Assembly: GCA_965240325.2 (NCBI GenBank)
Contig: OZ251227.1
Location: 992,001 to 1,056,000 of the forward strand
Source: Rebecca billardiae RCC1528
Lineage: Eukaryota > Protista > Haptophyta
Direction of reading: 5' to 3'
Length of the DNA: 64,000 nucleotides
Of the stretch, positions 1-12,741 are shown piece by piece. The notes beneath the pieces are model-generated. The model saw only the letters and a program-made list of their open reading frames with translations, did not search any database and was not told the origin of the DNA. The translations under genes were made by a program, and so were the position numbers. The first letter of the stretch is position 1. Every line of letters begins with the position of its first letter.

Positions 1-1219
1 GGGGAGCTCGCACGGCGGGCCGCCCACGCCGGTCTCGCGCGCGCACTGCGCACGCGTCGTCGGCGTCGCGTACGCGCCGGGCGACTCGGTGCGCTTCGCC
101 ACCGTCGCCGACGACCTGACGATGCGCATCTGGAACGCGTCCGACTACTCGGTCGAGGTGCAGGCGCTCACGCGCGACGCGGGGCTGCCGCTCTGCATCG
201 CCTTCTCGGGGACGGCGGTGTTCGTCGGGTGGGAGGACGGGAAGATCCGCGCGTACGACGCGGACGACGGCGCGCACATCTGGGCCATCGACGAGTGCCA
301 CCGCGGCGGCGTCTCCTGCCTCGTCCTCTCGCACAACCAGCGCTTCATGTGCTCGGGCGGGCAGCGAGGCGAGGTGCGAGTCTGGGAGCTCAAGACGCGG
401 ACGCTCGTCTCCCACCTCGTCCAGCACGACGAGCCGGTGCGCGCGGCGGCGGGGGGGTCGCCCTCGGCGGGTCGCGCGCGCGCGCGCCACCTCCTGGCCG
501 TGCTCGCCCCCGCGCTCGGCATCGCGTTCATCGCTCGCGCCCGTCCGGACCTCGGCGCGAGCGTCGCCGCCCGCCTGACGCCGCGATGCCCGCGCGCGCT
601 CCGCGCGTGCGCGCCCGGCCGCCGCGCAGGTGAACGAGCTCGTGCTCTCAGACGACGACCTGCTGCTCTACTCGGCGAGTCGCGACCGCTCGTTCATCTG
701 CTGGGACCTGCGCGAGGAGAAGAGGCTCGTGACGAAATCGCAGAGCGCCGGCGGCATCAACGCGATCGTGCTGCTTCCGGCGCCCACGCCCGAGGCGCGC
801 GCACCGCGCCGCATGTGCTCTGCGCGCATTTGCTTTGGCTCCCGCGCTGACGCCGTGCCTGCTCCGCCGCTGCCCGCACGTCGCTCGCGCCCGCGCAGAA
901 GCAAGTGTACGTGATGAGTGTCGGCCAGGAGAAGATGCTCACCTACTGGGACATGCGGCAGAACTCGCCGCTGAACAAGGTCCCGATCGGCAAGGAGCAG
1001 ATGTGCATCGCGGCCTCGTCCAACGGCAACGTGGTCGCGTTCGGCGGCGTGGACAAGATCGTGCGGCTGTACGACACGCTCGAGTACTCGCCGCTGGCAG
1101 AGTGCATCGGCCACTCAGACGCCATCGTCTCGATCAAGTTCAGCCCAGACGACCGCCAGATCGTGTCGACAGGTGCGGATGGATGCATCTTCGTCTGGAA
1201 CGTGTACTTCGGCGCGTAA
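1..1219 (+). CDS. WD40-repeat protein, 3' part (CFAP52/WDR16-like); exons <1-436, 630-779, 899-1219
   Basis: Successive WD repeats (DLTMRIWN, DGKIRAYD, GEVRVWE, DRSFICWD, DKIVRLYD, GHSDAIV...DGCIFVWN) in three frames join in phase via introns 437-629 (GT-AG) and 780-898 (GC-AG). Start lies upstream of the window. Confidence 0.85.
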
Positions 1220-2038
1220 GGACTAAGGAGCCGTACTATTCGGCGTCGTAATAACGTCTGAGCAATCAGACTGTGCCGCCTGCCGAGTGCGAGTGCGGGT
1301 AGTCGGCGTTTCGATGACGACCGGCCGTTGCCACCTGGCGGCGCTAATTGAATATATTATTATAAACTAGCTATATATACATATTATGATCGGCTACGCC
1401 GATCTTCGGGTAGTAAACAACGAAGTTGAGGGCGCACGGCCCTACTGGTATGCAATAGTCGTCGCGTTCTTCACCGAATGACGATGCGCGCGCCCGGCGC
1501 GTCGCCGTGCAGGAGGCGCGGGCGCGAGTAATCGACGCGGTCGACGGCCCGGGCCTCGGGGGGCTGCGCCGCCTGTCGAACTCGACGCGCAGCAGCCGCA
1601 GCGCCTCCGCCCGGTGCGCATCGGGCAGCCCTGTTGTCTGTGGCCGCGCGCAGCGCGGAGATCGCGCTCGGCAGCTCGCCCGTCTCAGCCTCGCACAGCC
1701 TCGCGCGCTCGGCGGGATCGGCGCAGCGTCGGACGAGCTCGCTGCGGGGAAGAGCGTCGCGAGCAGCCGCGGCTCGAGCCTGTCTATCTACGACCTCCCG
1801 CAGCCGCAGTAGCCGCTCCTTGCACGCCTTTGTCTGTCAGGCTCGCCGCCGCGTCGATGCACTCGGTGCGAGGGCCGCTGCATGGCTGTGCGCGTCGGTG
1901 CCGCCGCGGGTGCTGTCGGCCGACGGCCCGGAGCGCGAGGACTACTGCGAGCACGGGCGAGAGGGGAGCACGGCGTCGCCCGTAGCATATGCCAACTCGC
2001 CATCATCGCGGGCTCGCCGCTCGCAGATCTAAGCCTGT

Positions 2039-2668
2039 GGCTCTCGTGTCAGGCACGGTCAGGCATCCGTCGAGTGAGCGCCAGAGCCCCTCCTCACGGT
2101 CAGCGCGCGGCTCGCGCGCCAAATGCTTGCCGCGCCGCCATGCGCAGCCGTCAGCACGCCGCACGCGGCTCAGCCATCACAGCTCGGCCATGGTCATGGA
2201 CGGCGCGAGCGTGAGCGGTGAGGGTTGGGCGAGCGACTTCTGAACATGCCGAGAGCCTCAGCTGCGCGGCGTGCGGCGTGGCGCGCGCGGGCGCGCGAAT
2301 GGTCAGCTACGAGCCGGTCGACAACGGCCGCGTTCGTGCGACCGAGTGACGACGGCTCTCGTGTCAGGCACGGTCAGGCATCCGTCGAGTGAGCGCCAGA
2401 GCCCCTCCTCACGGTCAGCGCGCGGCTCGCGCGCCAAATGCTTGCCGCGCCGCCATGCGCAGCCGTCAGCACGCCGCACGCGGCTCAGCCATCACAGCTC
2501 GGCCATGGTCATGGACGGCGCGAGCGTGAGCGGTGAGGGTTGGGCGAGCGACTTCTGAACATGCCGAGAGCCTCAGCTGCGCGGCGTGCGGCGTGGCGCG
2601 CGCGGGCGCGCGAATGGTCAGCTACGAGCCGGTCGACAACGGCCGCGTTCGTGCGACCGAGTGACGAC
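2039..2668. repeat. Tandem duplication, 2 x 315 bp
   Basis: ggctctcgtgtcaggcacggtcagg... starts at 2039 and again at 2354; the copies appear identical. Confidence 0.9.
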
Positions 2669-3077
2669 GTGCTCGGTTGGAAAACGCACTGGGCCGAAGA
2701 GGCATGGCAGGGCGGGGCGCGCGTGGTGAACGAGGCACGAATGCGATGCCGACGGCCGTTGGGACCCGCCGCAGATCTGCGCGCACCTGCGCTGAGTCTT
2801 GTCGGATTGAACGATCGCGTGCAGTGCCCGCCTGTTCGCGAGCCCGCGTCGAGTTTGCTTGCCAGTGGCCAGTGGCCAAGGCAGTGGCAGCGCCTTTTGT
2901 AGCGATGAGCAGTATTAATCGACGGGAGATAATTATAGTAATCAGAAAAGGTACGGTTATGAATCGCGCGCGGGAACGGAAACGCCTTAAAGGGCTACCC
3001 GCGTCAATGGTATATCTCGTCGCCCGCGAGGGTTCGTGCGAAACGATGCGGATCGCGTGCCCTAGAACATAGCGCCA

Positions 3078-3498
3078 TAACCTGATGATATCCGCCACTG
3101 AGAAGCGACGGTTCATGACTTCAGATGCCGGCAATACTTTACTTCAAGCGACATAAAAGCCGACCGAATCTCTCTTTTCTATGGTTGGCGAGCTGTTTCA
3201 GGCTCTTACAATTCAAGCATCTTACTATGACGGAATGTTCGAACACACGGCTGGTGTTATGTGCTATTCCACCCTGCATTCCCCTAAGTGTTACTATCGT
3301 TAAAATTAGCATCTACTACAAACGCAATCATTGGCAGCGAAATGCGTCCACTAGGGGTCCGGTCACTAACATCTGCTACAAAAATCCCCAAAATCCTGCG
3401 CGCATCCTCTTTTTGATTTTGCGGAGCACGTGCGCCGCCCCCCCCCGGCTTTCGCTCACGCTCAGACCTTTCGGGGGGGGGGGGCGTGCGCCATAATA
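3078..3498 (+). repeat. Dispersed ~420 bp repeat, copy 1 (probable transposon remnant)
   Basis: Highly similar reverse-complement copy at ~27818-28243; AT-richer than genes; ends in a poly-C/poly-G stem. Confidence 0.85.
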
Positions 3499-4159
3499 TT
3501 AGTAGCAGAATAAAATGAAATTATAATAGTAAGAAATAAAGAATGACCGTTGGCGTTGCAGGGCAGTCACCGCCACCGGTCTCAGATCCTGGCTGGTACG
3601 CACCCAGTCCGCCTTGCCCTTGGGCTTGGCAGGCCTTGGCTCCTCAAATCTCCGAATTGAGGTCCTCATCCTGGTCATCCTGGTCCTGGACTGAGGACTC
3701 CTGGGCCCGTGGCCTCCTCCGCCGGCCGCCAAGGCGGCGGTCTGATTCACTCTGATCAGTGGGCCGATGACCGATGCGCCACTGTGCGCCGGAGCTCTTA
3801 GTCGAGTGTCGTTGACAGGAATCAGGATAATTATGCGCAACTCTGACTCATCTGTCGTGTCTGGATGGTGCGCAACGTCTGACCCTGCTGTGACGACCCC
3901 ACCCGCACGGGCGCACGGGCACGGCTGCGCGCACCCAGCGGCGCCCACGGCGGCCCGCCAGACTTAGAAGGCATCAGTGACTTCGTCATCATCATATACT
4001 CACTACTCAGACTACTCCGCCCGTCGATTGACGCCGTCGACACAGCAGCCGTGGCGGGCAGCGTGGCTCTCGCGCCCACGCGCAGGTTTTGCTCCTAATC
4101 ATAGTCCTACTCCTACTCCTACTCTTACCTACGAGTTCATCCTACTCCAGTACTCCTCC

Positions 4160-6092
4160 TCACGGCCGCCGCGGGGCGGCGCGGCGCTCGCCGAGCGCCG
4201 CGCCTTGCTTCGACAGGGCGAGCGCCTGCAGCCGCAGCCCCCGCGCGTGCCGGTGCGCGCGCCACAGCCGCCACACGCCTGCCGCACCCAGCGCGAGCAG
4301 CACGAGCGAGCCCGCGACGACGCCCACGATCACCGCGGTGCGCCGGCGCGCGGCGGCGGGGTCACTGCCCGCGCCCGCTGTGACCTCGAGCGTGGTGGCG
4401 GTGCCGCTGAGGTCGGGCGAGTCGGTGTCGCCGCCCGCCGCCGCCGCCGCCGCCGCCGCGAGCAGCCCGGGCGTGCACGCGGCTGCCTCGACGCCCTGCG
4501 CGGCCGCCGCCACGCGGCTCGCGTCGAGATCGGCCGAGTACACGCGCACGTCCTGCACGGCGCCGCTGAGCGCGCCCGCCGGACCATTGATCGCCGAGCG
4601 CCCAATGAACACGCGCGTGCGCGGCACGTCGTACGGGCGCAGGTCCTGCTCGCTGAACGCGTTCGGCGCGCCGTTGTGGTGCAGCTGCGCGCGCGCGCTG
4701 CCCACCGTGACCGCCGCATGGAACCACTCGCCCTCGGGCCACGTGGCCGGCTCAGTACCGGTGCCAACGAGCTCGGCGCCGAGCGGCGCGCCGCCAGCAC
4801 CGTGCACGGCGAAGGTGAGGCGGTGCTCGCCCGCGCGCCGCCGCAACGTGACGCCATGCGCCTGCGCGTCGTCCGCGGCGGCAAACAGGTATGTCAGCGC
4901 CGGCGTCGCCGCCGAGGCGGGCACCCACACCCACGCCATGATGGTGAGCTCGACACGCGCCGTCGGGTCGGCGCCGCGCGCCGCCATGTCGGCGAGCTCG
5001 ACGTAGCGCACGGCGCTGCCGCCCTCGGGGTGGTTGAGCACGCCGAAGGGGCTGACGCTGTACCCACTCAGCTCCGCGCCGCCGACGACCAGGCTCGCCG
5101 CTGAACCCGCCGCCAGGTCGGCGGTTACGAGGGTGATCTTTGCCTCGGCGACGGGGGTGGCGCCAGCCACGTCCGCCAGGCTGGATTCGAGCGGCCAGCG
5201 GCGAAGCAGCGTGGGGCATGAGCCGCACGGCTGCGCGTTGAAGCCGGAGGCGATTTGCTTGATGTACGCCTCGGTGAGGTACGTCGAGTAGATGCGCACG
5301 TCCTGCACTGCGCCCTCGAGCCGATGCGAGCCCACCAGCGAGCGGCCGATGTACCACGTGCGCGGCGCATCGTACGGGCGCATGTCCTGCTTGCGCATGT
5401 GCGTGAGACCGCCATTGTGGAACAGGTACGCGGCCGTCCTGCCGATGCTCACGGCGGTGTGGAACCACCGGCCGGTCTGGAACGTGCCAGCTGCGCCGAT
5501 GAGCTGGATCCCAATCTGATTCCCAGCGCCGTCGAAAGCCCGGAAGCGGATCCTTCGGCTGAACGCGGTGTGCTTGCTTAGGACGATCTTGTGGGCTCGG
5601 TCGGAGTCGTGCGAATCGAGGACGCGCGTGGCCGCTCGCGCGTGGTCGGCGGGCGCGAGCCAGACCCACGCCATGATCGAGATGGGCTTGCGCACGGCCC
5701 GGTTGGAGCCAGCCGCAGGCACCCTGCCCGCGTCGATCCACTGCAGCCGCGCCTCACCCTCGGGCACATCGGCGCCGCCGAAGCGGCCAAAGCCGCCGAC
5801 CTTGCGTGTGCGCCCGCCGCCAGAGAGCGCCGTGGCGGGCGCGGCGGCGAGCACCGCGCTCACGTCCGCGATCGGCCCGATGGCCACCGGCTGCGTGAGC
5901 GGCGGCTGGCTCGCGCTGCCGCCGACCACGTCGGAAAAGCCCGCGTCGGCGGTGAGCGGCCAGGAGTGGAGCGCGGCGTCGCACGCGGGCGGCGGCTGGC
6001 TGGGCGGCGGGGCGGGCGGCGGCGGCGAGGGCGGCGAGGGCGGTGGGCGCGGCGAGGGCGGCGGCTGGCTGGGCGGCGGGGCGGGCGGGGCG

Positions 6093-6124
<32 letters not shown>

Positions 6125-6716
6125 GCGCGGCGAGGGCGGCGGCGGCGGCGTTGGCGCTGGCGCGCCGACGCACAGCCCGTCCCACACGCCGACCACGTCG
6201 CATGCCCGGCCCGAGTTGCAGCTCGCCACCTCGCGCCGGACCACCGCGCCGTCCGCGCGCAGCGTCACCTCAGCGATCGTGTAGTCGCAGTTGCCAGTGG
6301 CCGAGTTATACGGAGCGCGGTTGTCGACGCGCCACTCGAGCGCGCCGTCGTGCAGCAGGTGCGAGGTGACGTCGCGCCTGCTGATGCAGTTGCGATAAGA
6401 GTGGCACGTGCCCGCGTACGTCCAGCACGCCGAGCCCGTCAGCCGCTGGCCGTCCGCGTACACGTGGAAGTTGGTTAAGTAGTGGCGCGAGCGCACGCGC
6501 ACGTCGAGCGTGTACGACGCGGCGTTTGCGCACCACGGCGGCGGCGAGGGCGGCGGCGAGGGCGGCGGCGGCGGGAAGGGGGCGAGTGGCGGGGGAGACG
6601 GCGGCGGCGGCGGCGAGGGCGGCGGCGAGGGCGGCGGCGAGGGCGGCGGCGAGGGCGGCGGCGTGGGGGGCGGCGAGGGCGGCGGCGAGGGCGGAGGCGG
6701 CGAGGGCGGCGGGAGA

Positions 6717-6748
<32 letters not shown>

Positions 6749-7354
6749 GAGAGGCGGCGGCGGCGAGGGCGGCGGCGAGGGCGGCCGCGAGGGCGGTGGC
6801 GGGTGCGACGGCGGCGAGGGCGGCGGCACGGGCGGCGGCGTGGGCGGCGGCGGTGGTGCGGGCGCGCCGACGCACAGCCCGTCCCACACGCCGACCACGT
6901 CGCACGCCCGGCCCGAGTTGCAGCTCGCCACCTCGCGCCGGACCACCGCGCCGTCCGCGCGCAGCGTCACCTCAGCGATCGTGTAGTCGCAGTTGCCAGT
7001 GGCCGAGTTATACGGAGCGCGGTTGTCGACGCGCCACTCGAGCGCGCCGTCGTGCAGCAGGTGCGAGGTGACGTCGCGCCTGCTGATGCAGTTGCGATAA
7101 GAGTGGCACGTGCCCGCGTACGTCCAGCACGCCGAGCCCGTCAGCCGCTGGCCGTCCGCGTACACGTGGAAGTTGGTTAAGTAGTGGCGCGAGCGCACGC
7201 GCACGTCGAGCGTGTACGACGCGGCGTTTGCGCACCACGGCGGCGGCGAGGGCGGCGGCGAGGGCGACGGTGAGGGCGGCGGCGATAGCGCCGTGCCCAT
7301 CACCGCGCCTACGCCGAGAAGGACGGCCGCTGCGATGGCGCCCGCGCGCGCCAT
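4160..7354 (-). CDS. Type I membrane protein: signal peptide, two identical Cys-rich domains, SPPP linkers, two LamG/ConA-like domains, C-terminal TM helix
   Basis: ATG 7354 with hydrophobic leader; (SPPP)n tracts; LamG-like motifs (SIMAWVW...WFHTAVS...YIGRS...GAVQDVRIY) twice; TM VIVGVVAGSLVLLALGAAGVW followed by basic residues. Confidence 0.85.
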
Positions 7355-8803
7355 GCTCGTGGTCGCTTGGCGGTGCGACAAGCTTGCCCTGGCGGTGGGA
7401 AGGGCTCGTCGCCCATTCGCGGGGTCTCGGATGACGATGCGCCACCAAAGGAAGCGCGGCCACGGCCCTTGGATGCGCGCTTTTCAGTTACTGTTCAGTT
7501 CATAGATGCCCATTCGGGACTTCCATTAATCTACTGATGATGACTGTATCATATATATATATATATGTATATCGCCACATATATATATATATTGATATGG
7601 CTATTAATGTGAGTAGTTGAGTAGTAGTTTGAACAACGAAGATCGGACGGAGATCGTGGTCTTCAGATGCAAGACCTGGAAGCCCCCCTTGGGAGTTTTC
7701 AGTTTGGGCTCAACGCGGCCCGGCGAGGCGGTCCTTCTGAGGATTGCGAGGATCCTAAGAGCAGGCGGCCGGCGGGCGAGCACACGACGCCGCCGCCGCG
7801 CGTCGGCGCCGTCAAGTCGAGCGGGCAGAGGCTGACAAAGAGCTCGGCGCGCGGCACGCCGTGCGGCGGGGAGCCGTCCGCGCCGTGCACGCTCACTGGC
7901 ACCCACGTCTCCTCCGCCGCGCTGCTCGCCTCCCGTCCACGTCGTCCGACCGACGCCCATCGGCACGTGACGTTCACGTTGCCCAAAATGCGTGAATTGT
8001 TTCGCGGTTTGGCGGACCGGCCCGTGGAAAAACGCAGCGGCGGCGCAGTGCGTGGCCGTCACGCACTTCTTGCCTCGCGCCAAGCTCTGATTGCGTATCT
8101 CGCCCGCAGCTGGCCGCCGGCCGCTGCATCCAAGCCGGAACAAGATTCGCACAGACCAAAGCCGCGATGACAGAGCACGTGTGGAGTGAGCAGGCGCCTG
8201 AGCGCGACACGCGCGAAAGATGATGCGGCCACGCCCCTGCACGACCGCCCGACCGCCTAGTTGCCGCTCGGCGCATCTCAAGTACCCCTCGCGCAAGCGT
8301 TTGTTTCACTACAGACAGCACCGAATCAGTGACCGAACGAACGACCGCATCGGCCGGATCGCGACGACGAGGCACAATGCTCGAGCTGCGCGAACACAGC
8401 GCGTGCGCAGTGAGTAGACGCCTGAGCGCGACGTGCACTCGATACGATGCGGCCACGCCCCTGCCAATCGCTCGACCGCCGCAACACGAAGGGTGCCGGC
8501 GCGGTTCGTAATGAGCCTCGGTCGACCGCTGCTTGGCCTTGCTTGCGGGACCAGATAGTTGCATTCGTTGAGGCCGTTGCGCAGCTGGGCGCTTGGCACG
8601 CGGTCGTGGCACTCACTGCTCCGCGCGGACCAAAGCCGACCTGACGGGGGTCCTGGGCATCAGGTTAAGACGAGGTGTTTTGCGTCGTCAGTTTCAATGG
8701 CGGCCGGCAGCAAACCGTCAGTTGCCTGGCCCTCCGTCCGGGTTTCGTTGCTTGACAGAGCAGGATCGGTCAGCGCGCGGACGCGCTCCAAAAAGCAGCG
8801 ACG

Positions 8804-11029
8804 ATGGAAACCCACGCGGCGCGCGAGCGCGGCGAAGTGTCATGGCGCTGGCGCCGCACACTGTTCGTCGTGGCGATAGGTGTTGTGGCCACTCTCGCAT
8901 GCGTGGCACTCCTGCCGCCACGGTCTGCCCCCTCCGCCGCACAGGCGCAAGAGATTGAGAAGGTGGAAGCCGGCTGGGCATTCACAGCGCGTGAATCCCA
9001 GCACGATCGTGATGGTGACGATGACGACGACAATGATGACGAGGACTACGTCGAAAACGATAGTGACATCTTTGTGACGCCGTGGAACGACGAGTACGGC
9101 CATACGCAGCACATGCACACATTTCGCGGGTCGCGCCACCGCATCCGCGACGATTACGATTACGACGAGGATGATGATGACGACGACAACGTTGACGACG
9201 ATGGCGACATCTTTGCGGTGGCGGTAGACGACGCGTCCGACCACACCGAGCACGAGCACGCACATCGAGAGCGGCCGCACCGCCACCGCGATGCCGATGA
9301 CGACGATGACGACGAGGGCGGGCACGCCCACCGCCATCGCCGTAACCGCACGGAGCACGCCGAGCACCAGCACGTGAGCCGTGTGCACCACGAGCGCGCT
9401 GACCACCACCACGAACACGTCAGCCACCAGCACGAGCGCGAGCCCCGCACGCACCACGAGCACGTCAGGAATGAGCGCGAGCCGCGCGAGCCGCGCGAGC
9501 CGCGCGAGCCGCGCACGCACCACGAGCACGTTCGGCGTGAGCGCGAGCCGCGCGAGCCGCGCGAGCCGCGCGAGCCGCGCACGCACCACGAGCACATACG
9601 GCGTGAGCGCGAGCCGCGCGAGCCGCGCGAGCCGCGCGAGCCGCGCGAGCCGCGCGAGCCGCGCGAGCCGCGCGAGCCGCGCGAGCCGCACACGCACCAC
9701 GAGCACATTCGGCGTGAGCGCGAGCCGCGCGAGCCGCGCGAGCCGCGCGAGCCGCGCACGCACCACGACCACCACCGCCGCCACGGCGTGGACGAGGAGA
9801 TCGAGCTCGAGGGCGACGAGGGCGAGCGCGAGGCCGTCACGGCCAACAACGAGCACGAGGGGCGCGAGCACCACATGAGCCGCGAGGAGCGCCGCGCCGA
9901 GCGCGACGCCTCGGCCCACCACCACCACGAGCACGGCATCATGCGCAACCCCGGCCCGGCGGTCGAGATCGGCGCAGAGGCGGAGTACCAGAAGGCGAGC
10001 GAGCTGCTCGACCGCGCGGGGCGCGAGGCGCTCGAGGGCAACGGCGCGGGCGTGTCGACGGAGCCTCTGAGCAGGCACTCGACGGCGACGCTCTCGACCA
10101 TCGTCGTCGAGCCGTGGATGACCAACCGGCGCTTCACGCCCTTCAACACGCTCGGCGCCATCATCGCGCACGTGCCGTCGGCGCCCGAGACGGACGAGCT
10201 GCAGCTGTGGCTGCCGGGCACGTATGCGCGCTGCGTGCTGTACTCGACGCTGCTCAAGTTTGTCGCCGCGCGCGGCGTGCCCGTCCTCTGCCTCGCGTAC
10301 GACAACCGCGTGGAGGTCCAGCACATGGCCCGCTCCAACTGGAGCAGCGCGTTCCCCGACTCATACTACGACCTGCGGATGCAGCAGTACAACGGCTCGG
10401 TGTCGGACGAGCCGTCGAACAACATCGAGACGCGGCTGACCGACGCGCTCAGCTACCTGCACATGCACTTTGCGGACGTCTACCCGCGCTGGAGCACGTT
10501 CCTCTCGCCCGACGGCGCGCGGCCCGAGTGGACGCGCATCCGCGTCGCCGGCCACTCGCAGGGCGCGGGCGCGGCCGGCTTTATCGCCTACCTCAACGAC
10601 GTGCCGCGCGCGACGTGGTTCGGAGGCGTGTGCGACAGCTCGTTCTGGACGCTGAAGGCCCCGCGCGCCACGCCCTCCGCCCGGCTGTACGCGCTCGCCC
10701 ACACGCTCGACACGTTCATCTGCCCGTGGAGCGTCGTGCAGGAGGGCAACGGCACGCTCGGCTTCGGCTCGTGGCGCAACTCGGGCGCTGCGCCGGACGG
10801 CTCCACCACGTTCATCGGCGAGGACAACGCGACCGAGCCGCTGCGCACCAACACGATCGTGTCGACGATCCGCCCGCCCAAGTGCTCAGCGCGCGAGGCG
10901 GCGAAGCCCAACGGCTGCTACTTGCAGGCCCACGACGCGGGCGCCATCGATGGCGACACGCTGCGCAAGTACTACGAGCCGAGCGTGTGGCCGCACCTCT
11001 TCGGCGTGCGCGCGGACCCCATCCCGTGA
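8804..11029 (+). CDS. Membrane-anchored alpha/beta hydrolase with Asp/His-rich and (REP)n N-terminal region
   Basis: N-terminal TM; D- and H-rich tracts; 9-bp gagccgcgc repeats; C-terminal domain with WLPGT oxyanion-like motif and nucleophile elbow AGHSQGAG. Confidence 0.8.
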   Translation: METHAARERGEVSWRWRRTLFVVAIGVVATLACVALLPPRSAPSAAQAQEIEKVEAGWAFTARESQHDRDGDDDDDNDDEDYVENDSDIFVTPWNDEYGHTQHMHTFRGSRHRIRDDYDYDEDDDDDDNVDDDGDIFAVAVDDASDHTEHEHAHRERPHRHRDADDDDDDEGGHAHRHRRNRTEHAEHQHVSRVHHERADHHHEHVSHQHEREPRTHHEHVRNEREPREPREPREPRTHHEHVRREREPREPREPREPRTHHEHIRREREPREPREPREPREPREPREPREPREPHTHHEHIRREREPREPREPREPRTHHDHHRRHGVDEEIELEGDEGEREAVTANNEHEGREHHMSREERRAERDASAHHHHEHGIMRNPGPAVEIGAEAEYQKASELLDRAGREALEGNGAGVSTEPLSRHSTATLSTIVVEPWMTNRRFTPFNTLGAIIAHVPSAPETDELQLWLPGTYARCVLYSTLLKFVAARGVPVLCLAYDNRVEVQHMARSNWSSAFPDSYYDLRMQQYNGSVSDEPSNNIETRLTDALSYLHMHFADVYPRWSTFLSPDGARPEWTRIRVAGHSQGAGAAGFIAYLNDVPRATWFGGVCDSSFWTLKAPRATPSARLYALAHTLDTFICPWSVVQEGNGTLGFGSWRNSGAAPDGSTTFIGEDNATEPLRTNTIVSTIRPPKCSAREAAKPNGCYLQAHDAGAIDGDTLRKYYEPSVWPHLFGVRADPIP

Positions 11030-11624
11030 GGCGTGAGCTGCAGCCCGCACAGCCGCAGCCAGCTTGAGCTTCGCACGGATGTACTGCCCTGCTGCCTTGG
11101 CGCGACGGTGGCATCAGCAGAGGCGGCGATCGATGTATGGCCTGACGAATGACGAGCGTCGTCCATCCGCGAGCCGCCTGGTACGTGATGAGGCCGGATT
11201 GATGGCCATCATCGCGACTCGCAAGCCGGCGCTTATACTATTCTCGGCCGTCGATTATGGGGGTACTGCTCGATATGCTCATCATGCTGCTGATGACTAC
11301 ACTATACAGCGCTATAATGGCCCGCGGACGCGGTGCAGGGCGGAGCGCGCAGCGTGGAGCCCGCTCTGCGGGCCCTAACCCCGTTTCAAAAAGATCTTTG
11401 ATATCAAGAAAAGGGGGACGGGGGGCGATTTTTACGGGGCGGCTGGCGGAGCAGACCGAGTTTCATTTTTTGAGACGCTCTTTAGACACGCATTACGGAG
11501 AAATGGACGCGCCCGGGACGAGATTCCCCTATTCAATCGTGGACGGCCGGGCGTGAGAGCTCACTAACGGGCTTGATTAATAGTGTGCAGTTGGACGGTT
11601 ACAAGTTTGATACAAACATCACCC

Positions 11625-12741
11625 CCTTGGACGCGCGCTCCAGGCGCTACTCGAAGACGAGTCACAGACGCTGCTTATTGCTCGTTTACTATCGCTCGAT
11701 CGTTGCTGATCGGACGACGATATGATATATGCAGCGTAGTTGAACGCGCCGCGACATTGCTGAGACGTGCCGTCGTCATCGAGCATCGTCGTGTTACGAC
11801 TCGTGCGCGCAGTATGAATTATCATCATCATCACTGCTGTACGCAGTATCGTCTGCTGAGTGCTGGCCGCGCGGGCGGACCACGTGCTCCCTCCGATCGA
11901 TGCCGCGCGCGCTTCAGTCCGGGGTGTTATTCGTAGCAGCAGCAGCTAGTAGTTCCTCGGCCGGATGGTGTCGTTTTTTGGGATGATGATCGTCATCTCG
12001 ACAATGAGTGTAGCAGTGGCGTAGTGCGGTGTGGAATCACAGCGTGCCAGTGACGGCGCTGAGCGCGCGCTCGCACGCCTCCAAGTAGCGCCGACTGAGC
12101 CCATGGTGGCCAATACAACGACGAGCATCCGATGATAACGCCTACGCGGTCGAGTAGCAGTAGCATCATTATCAGTCATCATCAGTCGCGTCGTAAAATT
12201 ATCTGACGACAGCGGGCGAATAACCGCGCCACGTCCACGACGACGCTGTCACTGTGACTACTCCTTGGACGCGCGCCCCAGGCGCCACTCGAAGACGAGT
12301 CACAGACGCTGCTGCTTATTGCTCGATGATGACTATTGCTCGATCGTTCGGCTGATGGGACGACGACGATATGATATATGCAGCGTAGTTGAACGCGCCG
12401 CGACATTGCTGAGACGTGCCGTCGTCATCAGCATCGTCGTGTTACGACTCGTGCGCGCAGTATGAATTATCATCATCATCACTGCTATACGCAGTATCGG
12501 AGCGTCTGCTGAGTGCTGGCCGCGCGGCCGCCGGACCACGTGCTCCCTCCGATCGATGCCGCGCGCGCTTCAGTCCGGGGTGTTATTCGTAGCAGCAGCT
12601 AGTAGTTCCTCGGCCGGATGGTGTCGTTGTTATTTGGGATGATGATCGTCATCTCGACAATGAGTGTAGCAGTGGCGTAGTGCGGTGTGGAATCACAGCG
12701 TGCCAGTGACGGCGCTGAGCGCGCGCTCGCACGCCTCCAAG
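11625..12741. repeat. Direct duplication (~460-480 bp) of the last ~16 codons and 3' flank of the Men fusion gene
   Basis: ~11625-12086 matches ~12263-12741, including ...gaatcacagcgtgccagtgacggcgctgagcgcgcgctcgcacgcctccaagt (stop region of the fusion ORF). Confidence 0.85.

Noticed and set aside
1450-2030. Protein-like minus-strand fragments (…DAHRAEALRLLRVEFDRR…)
   Set aside because: Interrupted by stops and frameshifts with no recognisable family; cannot support a gene call.
8659-8669. 10-mer catcaggtta recurring at ~8659, ~28234, ~52315 and reverse-complemented at ~3078
   Set aside because: Too short; outside the two homologous repeat copies the flanks share nothing visible.
9470-9760. 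Regular short repeats with intervening units resembling a CRISPR array
   Set aside because: In-frame coding minisatellite (REP/THHEH); the intervening units are near-identical rather than unique spacers; no cas genes; eukaryotic context.
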